A stretch of 63,892 nt of DNA, filler included, from Sluysia triapertura (GCA_046118255.1; 5 parts of 5 records of this genome joined end to end with filler, not necessarily neighbours in it); one strand, 5' to 3'; counted from the whole stretch's first letter, positions 14,112-28,760 are shown. Program-made: numbers and translations. The notes: generated from the letters alone by a model not told the origin.

Positions 14112-14354
14112 ATGAAATCTAATCTAATTCTTTTTTTTGGTGTATTTTTGATATGTGTAACTGCAGATGATGTGATAAAATTTGTCGCTCCTGACTTTGA
14201 AGTAATTCACTTTTGTAATCATTATTTTAATAAGGCTGATCAGGAGTATCAATACTGCAATGGAAATCCAAAATACAAATGCTTAATTTCTGAAACGTGC
14301 TGTCGTACTGGTAAACCGGATCCATATAAATATAGATGTTGTGGATTAACCAAC
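14112..14354 (+). CDS. GRN: Progranulin exon 1: signal peptide plus N-terminal half of granulin module 1
   Basis: Hydrophobic leader MKSNLILFFGVFLICVTA; YC..KYKC..ETCC..YRCCGLTN; donor GTTAGT at 14355, phase 0. Confidence 0.85.
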
Positions 14355-16736
14355 GTTAGTTTAAATTCTCTAAAATTGAAATGTATCTTATGTTATTTCT
14401 TCATGCGCATTGAAACCTACTTTAAATGTTTTATCAAGATTGCCACCACTTCATACACACGTATAATGCAACTTTTTATTTAGCTCTAGATTTTACTTTC
14501 GTTAGTATATCTTGTGTGAGTAAATGCGGTATTTCAATACAAACTTAATTGTTATTAGATATTTTATAATAATTATTTTATTTTAGTTTCGTAAAAATAG
14601 ATAACCCATTCAAAAGCTTAAAATGTTAGCCAAGTGTTCGCCTCGATGCCATAGGGTTGAAATTTGAATGTATAATTAAATACAATTCTTGTACCGAAAA
14701 GTTATGCATATAAAACGTGAAAATAAATTTAACTAGAAAAAAATTATTTAATCCTTGAACTTTTGGTCTAAAAAACTTATTTTATCATTTTTTTGCTATT
14801 AAACAGTAAATTTTAAAATGCAGACGTTCTTAAAATTAATGCAGACTGCGGAATAACCCGCTTCAAAAAAGTACTTCAAAAGATTAAATAAATGAACTGG
14901 TTACATTAAGATAAGATAAACAATTTATTATGGTATTGTATTTACATTAAATAAAATTTATTTAGAACTAGCAACATCATAAGTTTCATTAAACAAATTA
15001 CTGAAGAGGACTGTCATTCGATCTGTCATTAATTGCACAAACGTTTCCTCGAATAGCACGAATCACAGCTTATTCGCTGGTTTAGCGAACTCCAAACTAA
15101 AACCCTAATCATAATAGCCGTCTTAAACACAATCATAAACCAACAATGACCTTATAAATGAATTCTTAAGCAAAATTCACTCAACATTACACAAAACATC
15201 CAGTCGTCAAGCAATATACATAAAACACACTCAATTTTCATAATATCACACATTTTATTATTGTTAGCATTATAGTTGTTTCTATGTCATATTACTGTCT
15301 CTATATCGTTATTGTTTCTATATCGTTATTGATATGTTCTAATCTCGTGACGCTCTATTCAAATCTATACGTATTATTCACTCTCGTTTGAAATTTACTA
15401 TATAATAATTGTTATTATAATTTTAACATTATTTTCGCTGTACTGTTATTTTTCTATTCTTATATTTTTATTATTCCATTTCACATCTCTACTTATGCTT
15501 TTATGTGCTTCATTATTATTTATAAACAACCACTATATACACATTCATTTTGGTGGTATTGAATCAACGTTTTTATTTAAAGTTTCGTTATTCGATTTGA
15601 AGTTTTCGAGTAAATTTTTCAAATGCATTTAATTTATATTTATAATAATATTAATCATTTTATGCAATGTATATTTATTGTACGAAATATATTATCAAAA
15701 CTTATAGCTCATTGAAATTATTTTTAAAATTAGTTAGTGTATTCAAATTCTAACGAGGTTTAAGTTAAGGAGACCCAAGTTCATTATAATAAAATGCTTA
15801 TTATTTTTGTAAATTTTAACAAGGCCAAGTATGTTTTAAATGTTTCATTAATACTTAATTATTTAAATTTAATGAATAATTAAATTTTTCATTAAAATCT
15901 TTTCAGCTAAATTTATTACATTCAATGGTTTAAAATTTCGCCATATTTTAGTAACCTACATTGTCAGTTGGTATCATGCTATATTATTATACTATTTATT
16001 TTTATTATTTTATTCTTATCATTATTATTAATAGTCACATTAATAAAAAGTCAATATGGAAAATAAAACTGCCATTATCATTAAGGATTTTATGAATTAA
16101 AAAATTGGATATTGTTATGGAAATTAAGGATTTTTTTTAAAAGTTGAATAAAAAATTACCATAGCTCAATACAAAAAATCGACAATTGGAAAATCCACAT
16201 ATTTCACAATGCCTAATGTCAAGCAGGTTCATGCGAAAGCAAGCTTTAGAAACAAGTGAAGAATTTGTAAATTACCAGTTAGGATTTAGTTTCAAGCAAA
16301 AAATTGTTCCGGTGTTTGTTTGATGGAGGAGTATTAGGATCAAAAAAGATGTTTAAGACATGTTTAAATAAACATGTAGGTAAATTCTTAGGAAATTTAG
16401 ATATAAGCAAAATTAGTAGCTTAGTAAGTAAAATGTCACAAGTTTTCATTAAGGACTTAGGCAAAGTTAAATCTCGATTTTCTTATAAGTACGCTATAGT
16501 AGGTTTTAACGGCTGTCTGGTATTCGAAAAATTTCTCAAAATCAGCTACAACGCGGCTGTATATTAACATATCTTCCAAACACATCGGTTTCTAAGTGAA
16601 ATCCAGTTTCATTTTTCAGTTTTTCAAATTACGTTTTTGATTAAAATCATTAAATTTAATGTTTACTATATTTTATTTAATTTTGTAATAATTTTAGTTC
16701 GGTTTAGGTCTCACAATTGTATTTTATATTTCGTAG

Positions 16737-16874
16737 GCAAATTGTTGTAATAATGGTTACAAATGTTGCCCAACTTCATACACATGCACTCCAGATTCAC
16801 AAACATGTTATCCAAGTATATTAGCATTATTTAATTCATTCAAATCTCATCAAATTACATCTATTACAGAAAAA
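16737..16874 (+). CDS. GRN: Progranulin exon 2: C-terminal half of module 1 plus linker
   Basis: Acceptor CGTAG at 16736; translates ANCCNNGYKCCPTSYTCTPDSQTCYPS...; donor GTGAGT at 16875; phase 0 at both ends. Confidence 0.9.
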
Positions 16875-19591
16875 GTGAGTTTTTATCTAAACAAATCTCA
16901 TCATTAATAAAGCTATGTTAAATGTCTTTCTGTCAGTATTATAGTTGTCTTTAAATGATTTTATATTTCTCTTTGAGGTACGTTGTAATGGCTTAAAACA
17001 GTTAATATTATCTACTTTGCTACTGCAATTGTATTTTGTTTTAAGCTTTTTCTATTTATTCATATTCGAATGTTTTTTAAATTAGTTTTTAATTTTAAGA
17101 AATTTAAAGCCGGTTTAAGGCCAGGCGAAACTAAAGTAACAAAAGTTAAGCGACCAATTACGCAAAATAATAAAAATAAACAAAAAAACTAAAGATTGAT
17201 TTAACATAAAACAGTAAATATTAATCTAACAAAATAACAGTAAATAACAGTAAATCTAACATTAAATAACACTGCAGCAACAAAAGGAAAACTGCATTGA
17301 TTGAATGGAGACATTTGTCATATAGATTATTCATAATGAAATCAGATATTCTGATTTTATAGACGTTACTAGTGTAGCTCTAATAATTGTATTTGGTTCA
17401 ATTAATTTCTTTAAAATATTAAGTGCAACATTACTTGATATAATTACATATCACTAATATATTCAAAAACATAAAATTTTATAATTATTACTTGAATAAT
17501 ATGACTTTAAATTATATAATCTGCAATTTCATATTCTCAGTACAACGACTGATAAAGTTATTTTCTGAACGTTAATTATCATTAAGAAAATATGATTTAT
17601 TCACTAATTGTAAGAAAACTGCACTAATGTGTAATAATGACTCTGAATTATAAAACATTAAGTTCTGACGAATTTTATCACGCTTTGAAGCAGATTTTCT
17701 AAAAGATATTCAGGTAATTTATGAGATATTTTTCTTAGTGACTAATTATAATAAAACTGTTCAGAAATTTATACAAAATGCAAATCTAAACTTCTGACTT
17801 TTAATGAAACACTGTAAGTAATTGTCTGTTTTCTGTATCCTTGGTTCAAGAACAATTTCAACATCTATTTTTATTAAATACAAGTAAGCATGCTTAGATT
17901 CATATGTATTCCTTTTAAATAGATCGAAATTGTGCGCAATGTTCCAAATTATGTGAACTACTTTGATTAATGAAATTAAAAATTATATTTGTGAATTTAT
18001 ACGACCGGGCGATTTTTGAAAATGTTTCACCCATTTTGGCTATTTCTTTAGACTATTGGATATTCACGGTTAAAGTACTAAAATTAATCAAAATAAAAGT
18101 TTTTTCATCGAAACCTTCAACAACCAAAGGAGTATTTTAAACATTGCTTTCGAACTTAAATAATATTGATACTCAATAGCAATAAGAACAGTGTTATACG
18201 ACACAATTAACATTTTCAAATTTGACCATGTATAGCCTACATGTATTAAAATTTTTGATTGTGAAACCTTTATGACACATGTAGTAATTTCCAAAATATA
18301 ACCAGAAATATATATTACTAATAAGAAAATTGAAACAGCTAGTAAAATATGAGTCATCTTCAAATCAAATTAATTCTGCATCAGTTGTGCATATATAATT
18401 TAAATTGCCTGTTTATAGAAGTAATACCAAATTTTAACGAACTACAAATTATTTTCCTGAGTACGTTTATAATCATCAAATTTAAAATAAAATCAATAAA
18501 TTCATATTTTTATCATAATCTCCGTTAATGTTAAAATTCAAATAGTAACTTACTGGAAAATTATGAAGTATTTAAAAAGAAGGAAAGTTCTTTCCTATTC
18601 AGATATATTATGAATTATTTTAAGCGCTTATGAATACTTATTTCGCAGTAGATATTCGCAATATATAAATTATTATTACAGTTTGAGTTACTAATAAATT
18701 TAAAAATGGTGTAATAAGCAGAAACAAGTGTCAGTTGCTTTTAGTAAGCGTCAAGGACCAGGATTTAATTGTAAATTGTTACAAAGAGAAGAAATTGGTA
18801 GTAAACGAACACCATATTTTGATGAGCGTAAAAAGTAACAAAAGTGAATGACTTTTCTTCGTATTCCTTGAAGAATTGACTATTTCTTAATTTTACATGA
18901 TTAACTTCATTCCCAGAACATTTTCCGTATAAGATTCTGCTAAAGACTGACATTCTTAGCTACGGTATGTACGTAGAAGTAACCAAAGTAGAAACACCCG
19001 GTACAAATGACGCATATTTAAATTTATCTTAGCAAACTACATGTTCTATTATCCATAGTAAAATGAAGTGTAACATTTGATAGTAATAATACAATTTGCA
19101 TAAATCGAGAAGAAGCAGGAATAATAAGAGATAATAAGAGTAGGGAAATAAAGAATAAAATCGATAGAGATAAAACTAGAAAGCATAAAATTAACTTGTT
19201 CAGAAGTAATAATAATACAACAATAATGTTAATAGTTTTAATAATAATGTTAAATAACCAAGTTAAATTTTCATTTTAAAACTGTATGATTGTTAAAGTT
19301 TTATGTTATATTTGTTATTTGATGATTTGATAAAAGCTTTTATTTATGATAAACATGTTGAGGTTTGTTTACGATCGTATTAGTGATAAGTATGATACTG
19401 TCTTGAACTCTTCACATTGTCAGATCTTGTCAGTAGTTGAAACATATATTCCCATTACTCAAATCAAATAATTATTTTAACAATATTTAGAAATATTTAA
19501 TAATTTAATAATTTTGAAATTGTTTAAAACTTATGTTAATTGGTGAATAGTTAATATTATTGAAAAGTTAAAATTTAGTAAGCATAATTAA

Positions 19592-19663
19592 CACATTATG
19601 AGCGGGTATTCTTAAGTGACAGTACATAAAACGGGTACTAATACCCGCCCCGTTCATAATGTG
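19592..19663. mobile_element. 72-bp piggyBac-type MITE
   Basis: TTAA|CACATTATGA ... TCATAATGTG|TTAA: TIR with TTAA target duplication, plus an internal GCGGGTATT/AATACCCGC inverted repeat. Confidence 0.75.
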
Positions 19664-21257
19664 TTAAGATTAAAAAGCATAAATATTGAAAAAGTTAAAG
19701 AAAATTTTATAAAATTTTAACAGTATAACAGTAATAATTTAAAAACATAACAAGTTTTATTTTAAATAAAAAATTAATTAAATATACCGAATACTTCACA
19801 ATGCAATGAATTTGAACGAATGTGTTAAAGTTATTTAATTTATGTTTCTATAATATTTTTAAAAAATAATAACATACAAGAAGAACATGTTTGTATCGCC
19901 AAAGTAGCTGTCTTCCTAAAAGTTGTTTGCCACAAATTATAATCATATAATCTTATATATCTAATCAATTGTGTCAATAAATCTGAGTTTATCGACTGGC
20001 ATTCTAAATTCATTTTTATTTCAAATTAACAAATCAAATGAAAATATCAATTATTCATTGAAATTAACCATGGTATTGAAATTAATAATGTCTATGAATG
20101 ACAGTTAAGAATAATGATAATGTATTTTGAAAATATTTGATAAAAGTAAATAAATATGGTTATACAAGTATAAGCAACTTACAACTTAATCGTTTGATGG
20201 TAAGACACAATAAAGCAGTGAGTGAATAAGTTGTTAAATAAAAGTTCAAACATGAATGGTTTAAGGTTGACAAGTATAATAAAAAATTTAACTTTATTTT
20301 TACGCTTTATGACAGAAAAGTAAATATTATTATATTGTAGTCCGTTCAAAATGTTTTAATTAATATCTTTAATAATCTACGATGTAACCTATCATTGAAG
20401 AAATGTTTTGTTAGATTTTCTAGTTCGTTTTCCATCTTATTAATTCCCCTTTTACCATTACTTCGATTAATAGTCTATAATAAACTTTTTCAAACAATTC
20501 TCTTGTATGCCTAGATGAATGTCGGCATTGATATTTCCTCCCATTTCTATTCTACAAATGTTTGCTTGATTAATTGTTTGTTTGCTGGTAATATCAGTCT
20601 CTCTTTTCACTGGCAATAATCTTCAGTAGCAGTTGCACCACTAACAGCAGCAAAGCAGCAGGAACAACTCTTTGTCAACTAACATTATTGACATCCCACT
20701 GCATAAATCTCTTCCTGTTTTATGTGATAAAATATAGATTTAAAAATTGACACAATTTCTTGAAGCTGAAATGAATATTTTAAATTTATAAAGATCATTA
20801 AAAATCACTTGCATTGTGAAGGCCAGCACCGTTACACAAGATTTTAACACGCCACAACACACCAAAAACTACATCTACACAACATCTGAATTTACTAATT
20901 ACATCAAAACTTACTAAATTTATATTTTTAAAATCCAAAAATACAATAAAATGAAATTTCCATTAAACACTTTCAATTTCACGAATTTTCTCTTATAATT
21001 CTTTTACTCATTTTCATTTCTCCTTAACCTCCTATCTAACCATTTCCTAAACTCATGTTTTCTGTTATCTCTTTCTAATTCTCTTATACAAGATGCACAA
21101 GATTTGTATGAAGTGTGTATATCTAAAAAAATTACCGGATTACCAAGAAAACTTCTACTCGCAGCAACAATTCCAGTAAATATCTTCCATCAAATCAGAC
21201 CAACATAAAACTTTTTTCAGACAAATATAATGTTAACGTGTATAAAAGTACTGAGCT

Positions 21258-21479
21258 TTGGATACTGTTGTTAGAGCTTGTATTCATTTGGGAGATCAAG
21301 TTAGAATTTCATCAGACAATCTTGTAAATAATGGATTATTGAAAGATCCAGACACTTTATATGGAATTGTAAAGTATATTGGAAGTTTAAATGATCGCAA
21401 CAGTTAAAAAAAATCTTATATCGGGTTAAAACTGAAAATTAATTCATCAAGTTTAAAAGATAAAGCATTTAATTTTAAG
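21258..21479 (+). pseudogene. CAP-Gly-domain-like fragment (CYLD-like) with an in-frame stop, inside granulin intron 2
   Basis: IHLGDQVRIS...LYGIVKYIGSLNDRNS*KKSYIGLKL resembles the CAP-Gly pattern VGxRV..GxVRYIG..xGxEL. Confidence 0.4.
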
Positions 21480-23052
21480 GTACAAAAAACTGTACTTAAT
21501 TACAATATTCATAATTGAAACTAAAGTTTTTATTTGTTTACCAAATGTCTAGAAAAAATTAGAGTATCTTAAAACATTTCATGTAATATAGAATAATACA
21601 AAATCTTTGGTTTAGATGTTGTATTAGTTGATAATTGACATAATTATTATATTAGTAATTATTTATTATTATTATACATTATTTTATTAGTAATTTAGCT
21701 GTTATGTATTATATGGTCATAATATCTATTTCCATTTCGATAATAATGATAATAATAATAACATTAACCTTTAATAATAACAAAAAAAATTTAAAATTTC
21801 TTTACAAGTTACTGCAACGTGCGAAGTTGCTTTTATTGGTTGATTATAAATACGTTACTGAAATTAGAAATTATCATCACCAAAAATTTTAATAATCAGG
21901 GTGATTTTAAAAACCACAAATATTTACAAAATATTCATATTGCAATCATTTACAAATGAGTCGTTTGAAAGAGTTATCATAAGAATTGGAACATCATGGT
22001 GGATCAGTTAAAGTAAGCGAAATGGATTTCACAAACGGTGAAATAATAGTTCAAGTAATGTTTTTATGAGTAATGGTTTCATTTCACCAACAAAAGAAGA
22101 TTTAATCACCGGAGAAATAAAGTTATTTATGCTTCGGATTTCAAGATACAGCAGATAATAATGAATTCATCCAAAATTATAATATATAACACATTATAAA
22201 TTTACGCAATTTTGCGCCTACTACTTTAGCGATAACTGCATTTCTTAGTCATCTATGAACGTGACTGACGACAATTTCGATTTATATTCTATTGCACCTG
22301 ATATATTGGAATGCATAAATAAAATGAACAAGAATTATTCATGAAGTTATCAAATTGATCAAAATAAAGTTTATGTAAATAAAGTAAAGTGTATTCATGA
22401 AGTTATACTAGCTTCAACTGATAAATTAATTTCATATAAAGTTATCCAATTGAGCAATGTTAATAAAGTTAACCAGATCTATGAAGATTTACAGATTATA
22501 AGCAACATATTCGTTCACGAAGAGAAACCTAAAATACTTAACGTAATAGAATAGTTTTACCAGTGTAGAAAATTTATACCAGTCAACAAATCGATGTTTA
22601 GTTTCGTATATTTATCGAAGGATGCGTTTACAAAATTGAAGTTTCTTTTAATTCGGTTCCTAATATCTATATTTTTCTTTGATTTTTAATGTCAATATGT
22701 TTTGTGATAAGTTTGATACAAAATATAATAGACTTTAATCATTATTTTCGTTTAATTCAAAAAATAATTCATTATTTTCATATAAGTATACCATTTAAGT
22801 TCCTTAATTATTAATATTCAATGCGTATGCTAATGCATATGTCATTAAAATTTCGTACAGATTTTGCCAGAATTCGTGTGTCCATATTTTTCTAATATTT
22901 AAAATTACACTTGTTTCAATACTATAATACCGTTTTTGCCGAGGTGAGATATTATTTCATACTAAAAAAATTATAAGAAAATAATATGAGTAATAATTGG
23001 TAAGTTATTTTATTTAATGAAAAATAGATAATATTTGATAAAATAATTTCAG

Positions 23053-23298
23053 AACGAAATTAAACCGATTTCTGACAAAACGTCCGTTAGCAATGTTGTC
23101 TGTCCTGATAAGAAAACGCAGTGTGACGATGGATCTACTTGCTGTCAATTTCTTGATAGTAGTTATGCATGCTGTCCTTTACCAAATGCAGTGTGTTGTA
23201 ATGATCATTTACATTGTTGTCCTTCAGGAACTACTTGTAATTTATCAAGCGGAACTTGTGATAGCCACAATGGACCTGTTATGACTTTACAGAAAAAA
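23053..23298 (+). CDS. GRN: Progranulin exon 3: complete 12-Cys granulin module (gene continues past the contig end)
   Basis: Acceptor TTTCAG at 23052; VVCPDKKTQCDDGSTCCQFLDSSYACCPLPNAVCCNDHLHCCPSGTTCNLSSGTC is the canonical granulin C-C-CC-CC-CC-CC-C-C pattern; donor GT at 23299. Confidence 0.96.
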
Positions 23299-23337
23299 GT
23301 TAATATTTATTTTAAATTATAAACTTTCTCATATATT

Positions 23338-23437
23338 NNNNNNNNNNNNNNNNNNNNNNNNNNNNNNNNNNNNNNNNNNNNTTAATTAATTAANNNNNNN
23401 NNNNNNNNNNNNNNNNNNNNNNNNNNNNNNNNNNNNN
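23338..23437. other. Artificial contig linker
   Basis: 44N-TTAATTAATTAA-44N. Confidence 0.97.
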
Positions 23438-24960
23438 TGTTGCAACTAAACAGTACTAGAGTTAACTTCATGATCCATAATGATAATTTCTTCTTTTGAG
23501 TTTTTCAAGTCGCGTGAAGGACAATTAAATTTCCAATAAAATCCACTAGTTTTAATATCCATACACTCGAAAAAGTAACAATTACCTTTGCAGATCATTC
23601 TATCACTTTGGTCACAACTCACAGACAATATATGCTTTTTTGTGGTTGCTATTTCCCTTGGTTTATGGATACTTTAAGGCATGTACATTCTAATACATTC
23701 TATAAGAATTTGTAAACACTACTACATAATCACAGGAAAATATTCAGTTGAAAAATAAATTCATATAATTTTTTAATTATTAATTTACATTTTATATTTT
23801 AAATTAATTATAATTTTATATCGTTTAACATTTTCATTAAACTTATATGCAAAATAAAAATAGCGTATTAGTTGCCGAGGATAAATATTTTGATAATGGT
23901 GAGATAAATGTTGTTATTAAAAAGAAAATATATCGAAGTTGAAGGTTTTATTTATTGAAACAGATTTAATGTTATTATGAGAAAAGGTAAAACTAAGTAC
24001 TTCAAACGATGCATTATAATTGTTTATGAAACATTTTGCAGCATTTGTAAAAATAATCATTAAATTGTCTGTATATTTGTTGCTTTGAGACTTCCCTGGT
24101 ATAAAGGTATTTACACATGAAATTGCCGCAATTGTGAAATTGTGCCAGAATATCGAACGTGACAACAATAACTGTAATAATAATATATAATAATAATAAT
24201 AAGCTTAATAATAATAATAAGCAAATAATAATGATGATGGTGCTTTATCTCCGAAAGACGCATTATCATATGGACATTAATTATTTATAAAAATACGTTC
24301 GTTTAAGTTATCTTAATAATTAAGAATAAAATTGTGGTGGCCAACCTTTTATTCAAAATTAAAATCATTCTTTCTCACAAAATAGTACATCTCACAATAT
24401 CTTATATTTCAGCTTTTGACCAATGAAAACCTTAATTCTATTTTTCAAAACACTCAACCCATAATTCTTTAACATTCAACCAAAATTATATTCATTAACA
24501 CAGCACAATTACTTTTTCAGAACTTATAAAAACCTCCTTTATGCGTTATTTTTTAGATCTACTAAACCTATTCTCATGTCAGAACATTTTAAAATTACAG
24601 TTTTACAACACTAAAATCACATCTACATTCAATACTAATAAAGTACATAAAATTCTCTCGAAACATTTTAAGTCACAATTTCACATCATCAAAATTACAA
24701 TTCACAGTTACAACTATCAAACAAACTTTTCAGATTTTATCTAAAATATCTCAGTTCTTAATTCTTTCACATTCATTAACGAAAATTATCAAACATCTAA
24801 ACAAAAAATTAATTTAAAATATCGCAAACCTTATTCTCATCTTCCCAAAACATTTTAATTCATAACTTTAGATCAAAAAAACTACATTTATATCACTACA
24901 TTTATTTAAAATTCACCAGAAACATTTTATTCATAGTTCCATATGTTATTATTATTATTA

Positions 24961-25841
24961 TGAAACAAAAAATAACTCGCATAAATCTTGCCTTTATAAA
25001 TCTTAAATACATGATCTTTTCTTTCTAAATCTTAATTTCTTACATATAAAAATAAAATTGGGGAATAAAAACTATTGATATTATGTGAAGGAGCAACGGT
25101 AGCGTGGTACACTATGTTTCAGTTATCGTTGTTGCTTCATCATAAGGAAATGAATTCTTTAAAGCTGTATTAAATTTATTTCGAAGCTAAAAGGAATGAT
25201 TTAAGTTGTAAGTGAAATGAAGGATGTTAAAATAAATTCTTGAGATTTATTTAAAGTTTGTAGTTGAGAATAAGATTTATGCACTGAATATAATGGTTTA
25301 AGAGACTGGTTAAAAGGTTATATTTTATCACATTTAAAAGACAATTACAAAATAAATCTTAGCGTGTTTGCAATGTTGTTATAGAATGTTGATAATGGTT
25401 ATGTGTAGAAGAAATGGGTTTGAAATAGTATAATTGATTCGAGATTGTGATGTAAATATTTTCTGTTTCAGGTACTTGTTAGTGTTGTTGAATGGTGTTA
25501 ATGTATTTGTAATTTAAATATTATGTGTTGTGGTTGTGGCTTGGTTTGAGAGAATGACTATTGAGTGTATGTTATGGATTATTCGGTATTAATTATCAAA
25601 GTATAGTGTGAGGTCAATGATTGAGAGTGTTTGGGATGTATATGTTGTTGAATTATTATAAATGTCGAATATCGTTTATGATGAATCAATTCATGTAATT
25701 CGATAGTGTGGAATGTGATTGATTTAGATGTTATATTTTTTATGTAAACTATTTCTTGTAATTTAATAATGTTAAGTGTGATTGTGATTTGAATGTTGTA
25801 ATGTTTTAGTGACTTTTGAATTATGGGTGTTGGCCACTACA
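24961..25841 (+). repeat. ~880-bp TG..CA interspersed repeat, copy A (solo-LTR-like)
   Basis: Shares long exact blocks with 33873-34750 (TGATATTATGTGAAGGAGCAACGGTA; TGTTGCTTCATCATAAGGAAATGAATTCTTTAAAG; TTTCAGGTACTTGTTAGTGTTG); ends GTTGGCCACTACA; preceded by (ATT)n. Confidence 0.85.
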
Positions 25842-27429
25842 GTAACAACTAAAACGTTAAGTACTTTTTAGCAGTCATCTTTTTATTTTTAGAAGCCATA
25901 CTTTGATTTTTCAACATTTTACATAAAATTATTAACATTTTGGTAAAAAATTTTCCTTACTTAATTTTTTAGCAGCCATATTTTTTGTCTTTGGGTTAGC
26001 CTTATTGGCTAATTTTTATTGGGTTATTCGGATTTAGAAAAAGATGTATAAACATAAATGAACATGTAAAAAATGTATGAATTGGATCATTTTTGTCTTT
26101 TTTGTCTTTTATGGAAATTTATTACTAAAGTGTTACTTTAAGGTTTATGAAATTGATTTTGTGTTTGAATTGTTGTGATGAATGGTGTTTATTGATTTCG
26201 TTTAAGCATAAAATTTAAATAAAAGGTTGAACTACCACACCCTCCGTCCAGAAGTAGGTGTCGCATTTCTTTATCAAAATAAATCAAATCCAAAAATAAA
26301 ATATATTTTATTGAAATATATCTACAAATATTGTTTCAGAGAAACTTTTAATGTCTTGTACTGAATTGATGTCTTTTTTACATATTCATAAAGTCCAAAA
26401 TCAAAATTTATGGAAATTGGAAGCTTACCAAATCTTTTCATAAGATGCACTTTATTATTGTTACCTTCATTTACTATCATGGCTTCTATCATACATTGCT
26501 GGTGCGAAAAAACTTAATCAAAGTATCATATTTGAATTCAGAGTTTTCAACACTTCGTCTTCGGTTTTGCAAGCCTGTTGTTTTTATAAAAAGTGTTTTT
26601 AAAATGACACTTTCAAAGCAAAGCCGTTTTTTCTTAATTTTTGAAAAAATCGAACATTTATTTCTGGACAGAAGAAACTACTTATATACAGTCGTATGCA
26701 AAAGTTAAGAAATGCAATTTGGAATTAAGAACGTTTTTCATATTTCTTTCATAATTACAGTTAAATCATAATATTATAAATAGTTTATAAATGGCAAATT
26801 TGAATGAAATACTTACTAAAAATATGATACCTAAATACAACAGCTTTTCGTCATTTCTCAAGTAATTTATTAATAACTACTTTCGTAACAAAAATATATT
26901 TGAATCGAAACCTCTAATCTTCCTTAAAATCTTGATTACTAACAAAACAACAACGAATCCAACTAAAAATAAACATACTTTAATTTCAAAGCTTCTGCTC
27001 GAAACCTTAAATCATTTCTTTACTGCAAAAAATGAACAATACTTAAAATTTAATTTTGATTTCACTTTCGAAAAGCATATTTAATTGGAATGTTAGAAAA
27101 ATATTGTACTTTACTTTTATTACGTATTAAATGACTGTCAGGAATGATCATGAATGTTAAAATATCCTAAATTAAAAAAAATTAATTATTTTGTATATTT
27201 ACAACTATGTTTAAAGCATTAATGAATGTAAAAAAAGAATCAAGATGTAGAATTTAAAATATCACCTAAATTACAATCACTCAACTCGAAGTTATTTGCA
27301 AACACAATTTGTCGAATTGGAACAAAGAATTGAAGACATCTGAAGAATACATGAATTAGAAAAAGCAATATAAGTTAACGAGAAACAAATAACCATCAAT
27401 ATCAGATCTGTTTAAAATTAAATATCGCA

Positions 27430-27700
27430 TCAACAGTCGTGATAATTACTTGGAAAAACTGCCTTATATAGGCACATGAAAAGGTTATCTTTTTACTAAG
27501 AATTTAATTACATGAATACCACAGTTGAAACTATCAAGTGTGTACGATGCATCAACCAAGAAGAATAGTTTGGGCTTACCTCAGTATGCTCGATTAGATC
27601 GACAAATGCTCGTGCCGATTTGGAGAATAAGTCAATTGATCATATATTTTTGACCAATATTTCATTACATGTATAGGAAGATGAAAAGCTCATAGTAATA
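27430..27700 (+). mobile_element. BEL/Pao-type retrotransposon pol relic
   Basis: LKLSSVYDASTKKNSL resembles the BEL/Pao motif TKLRVVYDASAK..SLN; surrounded by stops. Confidence 0.4.
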
Positions 27701-28668
27701 TTACTACCCTTTATTAGTGTTTATATCAGAAAGAAACAGCCTTGATAATTTCGTTAATAAAACAATTTCATTCTATGGATATTTCAGATCTAACTTTGGC
27801 GATTTATGTATGTATCATTTTATAAAATTATCACGTTTTGATTACCTGCTTATATTTGTTAATATGAACTTAGTTATATATACTCAAGTTATATCTAATA
27901 TCATCAAAATTATAAAACCTTACAATGAGATTCATGAATATAAATTTGAATTTTGTAAAATTAAGTCGAATTGAACTTTAAGCTCAAGGATAGATATTTA
28001 ATGATGAAGTTAATTTTGGAATATTTTATTTTAAAAATAACAAATCAATTGTAACTTTAAATTTAAAAGTTTGAATGTGCTTAACCGAACTCTTAATGTC
28101 TAGTAGTAATTTCGTTGAAATTTATCTGCTTTATAGCTAATAATATTATTGTGTGCTTTATTATTATAAAGTTTTATCTGGATAAATAAATCAAGATTCG
28201 AAAATTTTAATTATTATTGATAACGTAAATTTCATATATTAATCTATTTTGCAAGTAATATCCATACTCTATATATTATATTTACCTTATCTGGAAGTGT
28301 GAATTCGAATACTCGTCTCAGATATTCGAGATATAAGTGCAAACACTTTATCTTTTAAAGTGTTACTAATTCTATTTATCTAAGATTTACTCTTGCTCTA
28401 TATATCGCTATATTTACTAAGGTTTTTATCATGATAAGACTTTCTTCAGTTGTTTTTGACTTAATTTTATAACCACTTAGTAGTTTAAATTTATATAATC
28501 TTAAATGCTTTAAATTATTCGATGTTACTTGTGTACCTTTAATCTTTAACTTTATTTTAATTCCTTACAATCCGCTGTATTCCACGCATACTATAATTTC
28601 AGTTCCGAATTATTTAAAACAACTTAAATTAAATAAAAGAATATGTTCTAATTATATTTTATAATTAC

Positions 28669-28687
28669 ATTATTATTATTATTTTCA

Positions 28688-28735
<48 letters not shown>

Positions 28736-28760
28736 CATTATTATTAATTATTAATTATTA
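28669..28760. repeat. Imperfect (ATT)n microsatellite
   Basis: Read directly from the sequence. Confidence 0.85.

Noticed and set aside
16180-16570. Possible reverse-transcriptase relic in granulin intron 1
   Set aside because: Only faint resemblance (KSTYFT, EFVNYQLG); no YxDD or other diagnostic motif.
23446-24168. Short Cys-containing minus-strand ORFs at the start of contig 3
   Set aside because: Interrupted by stops, with no family motif I can support.
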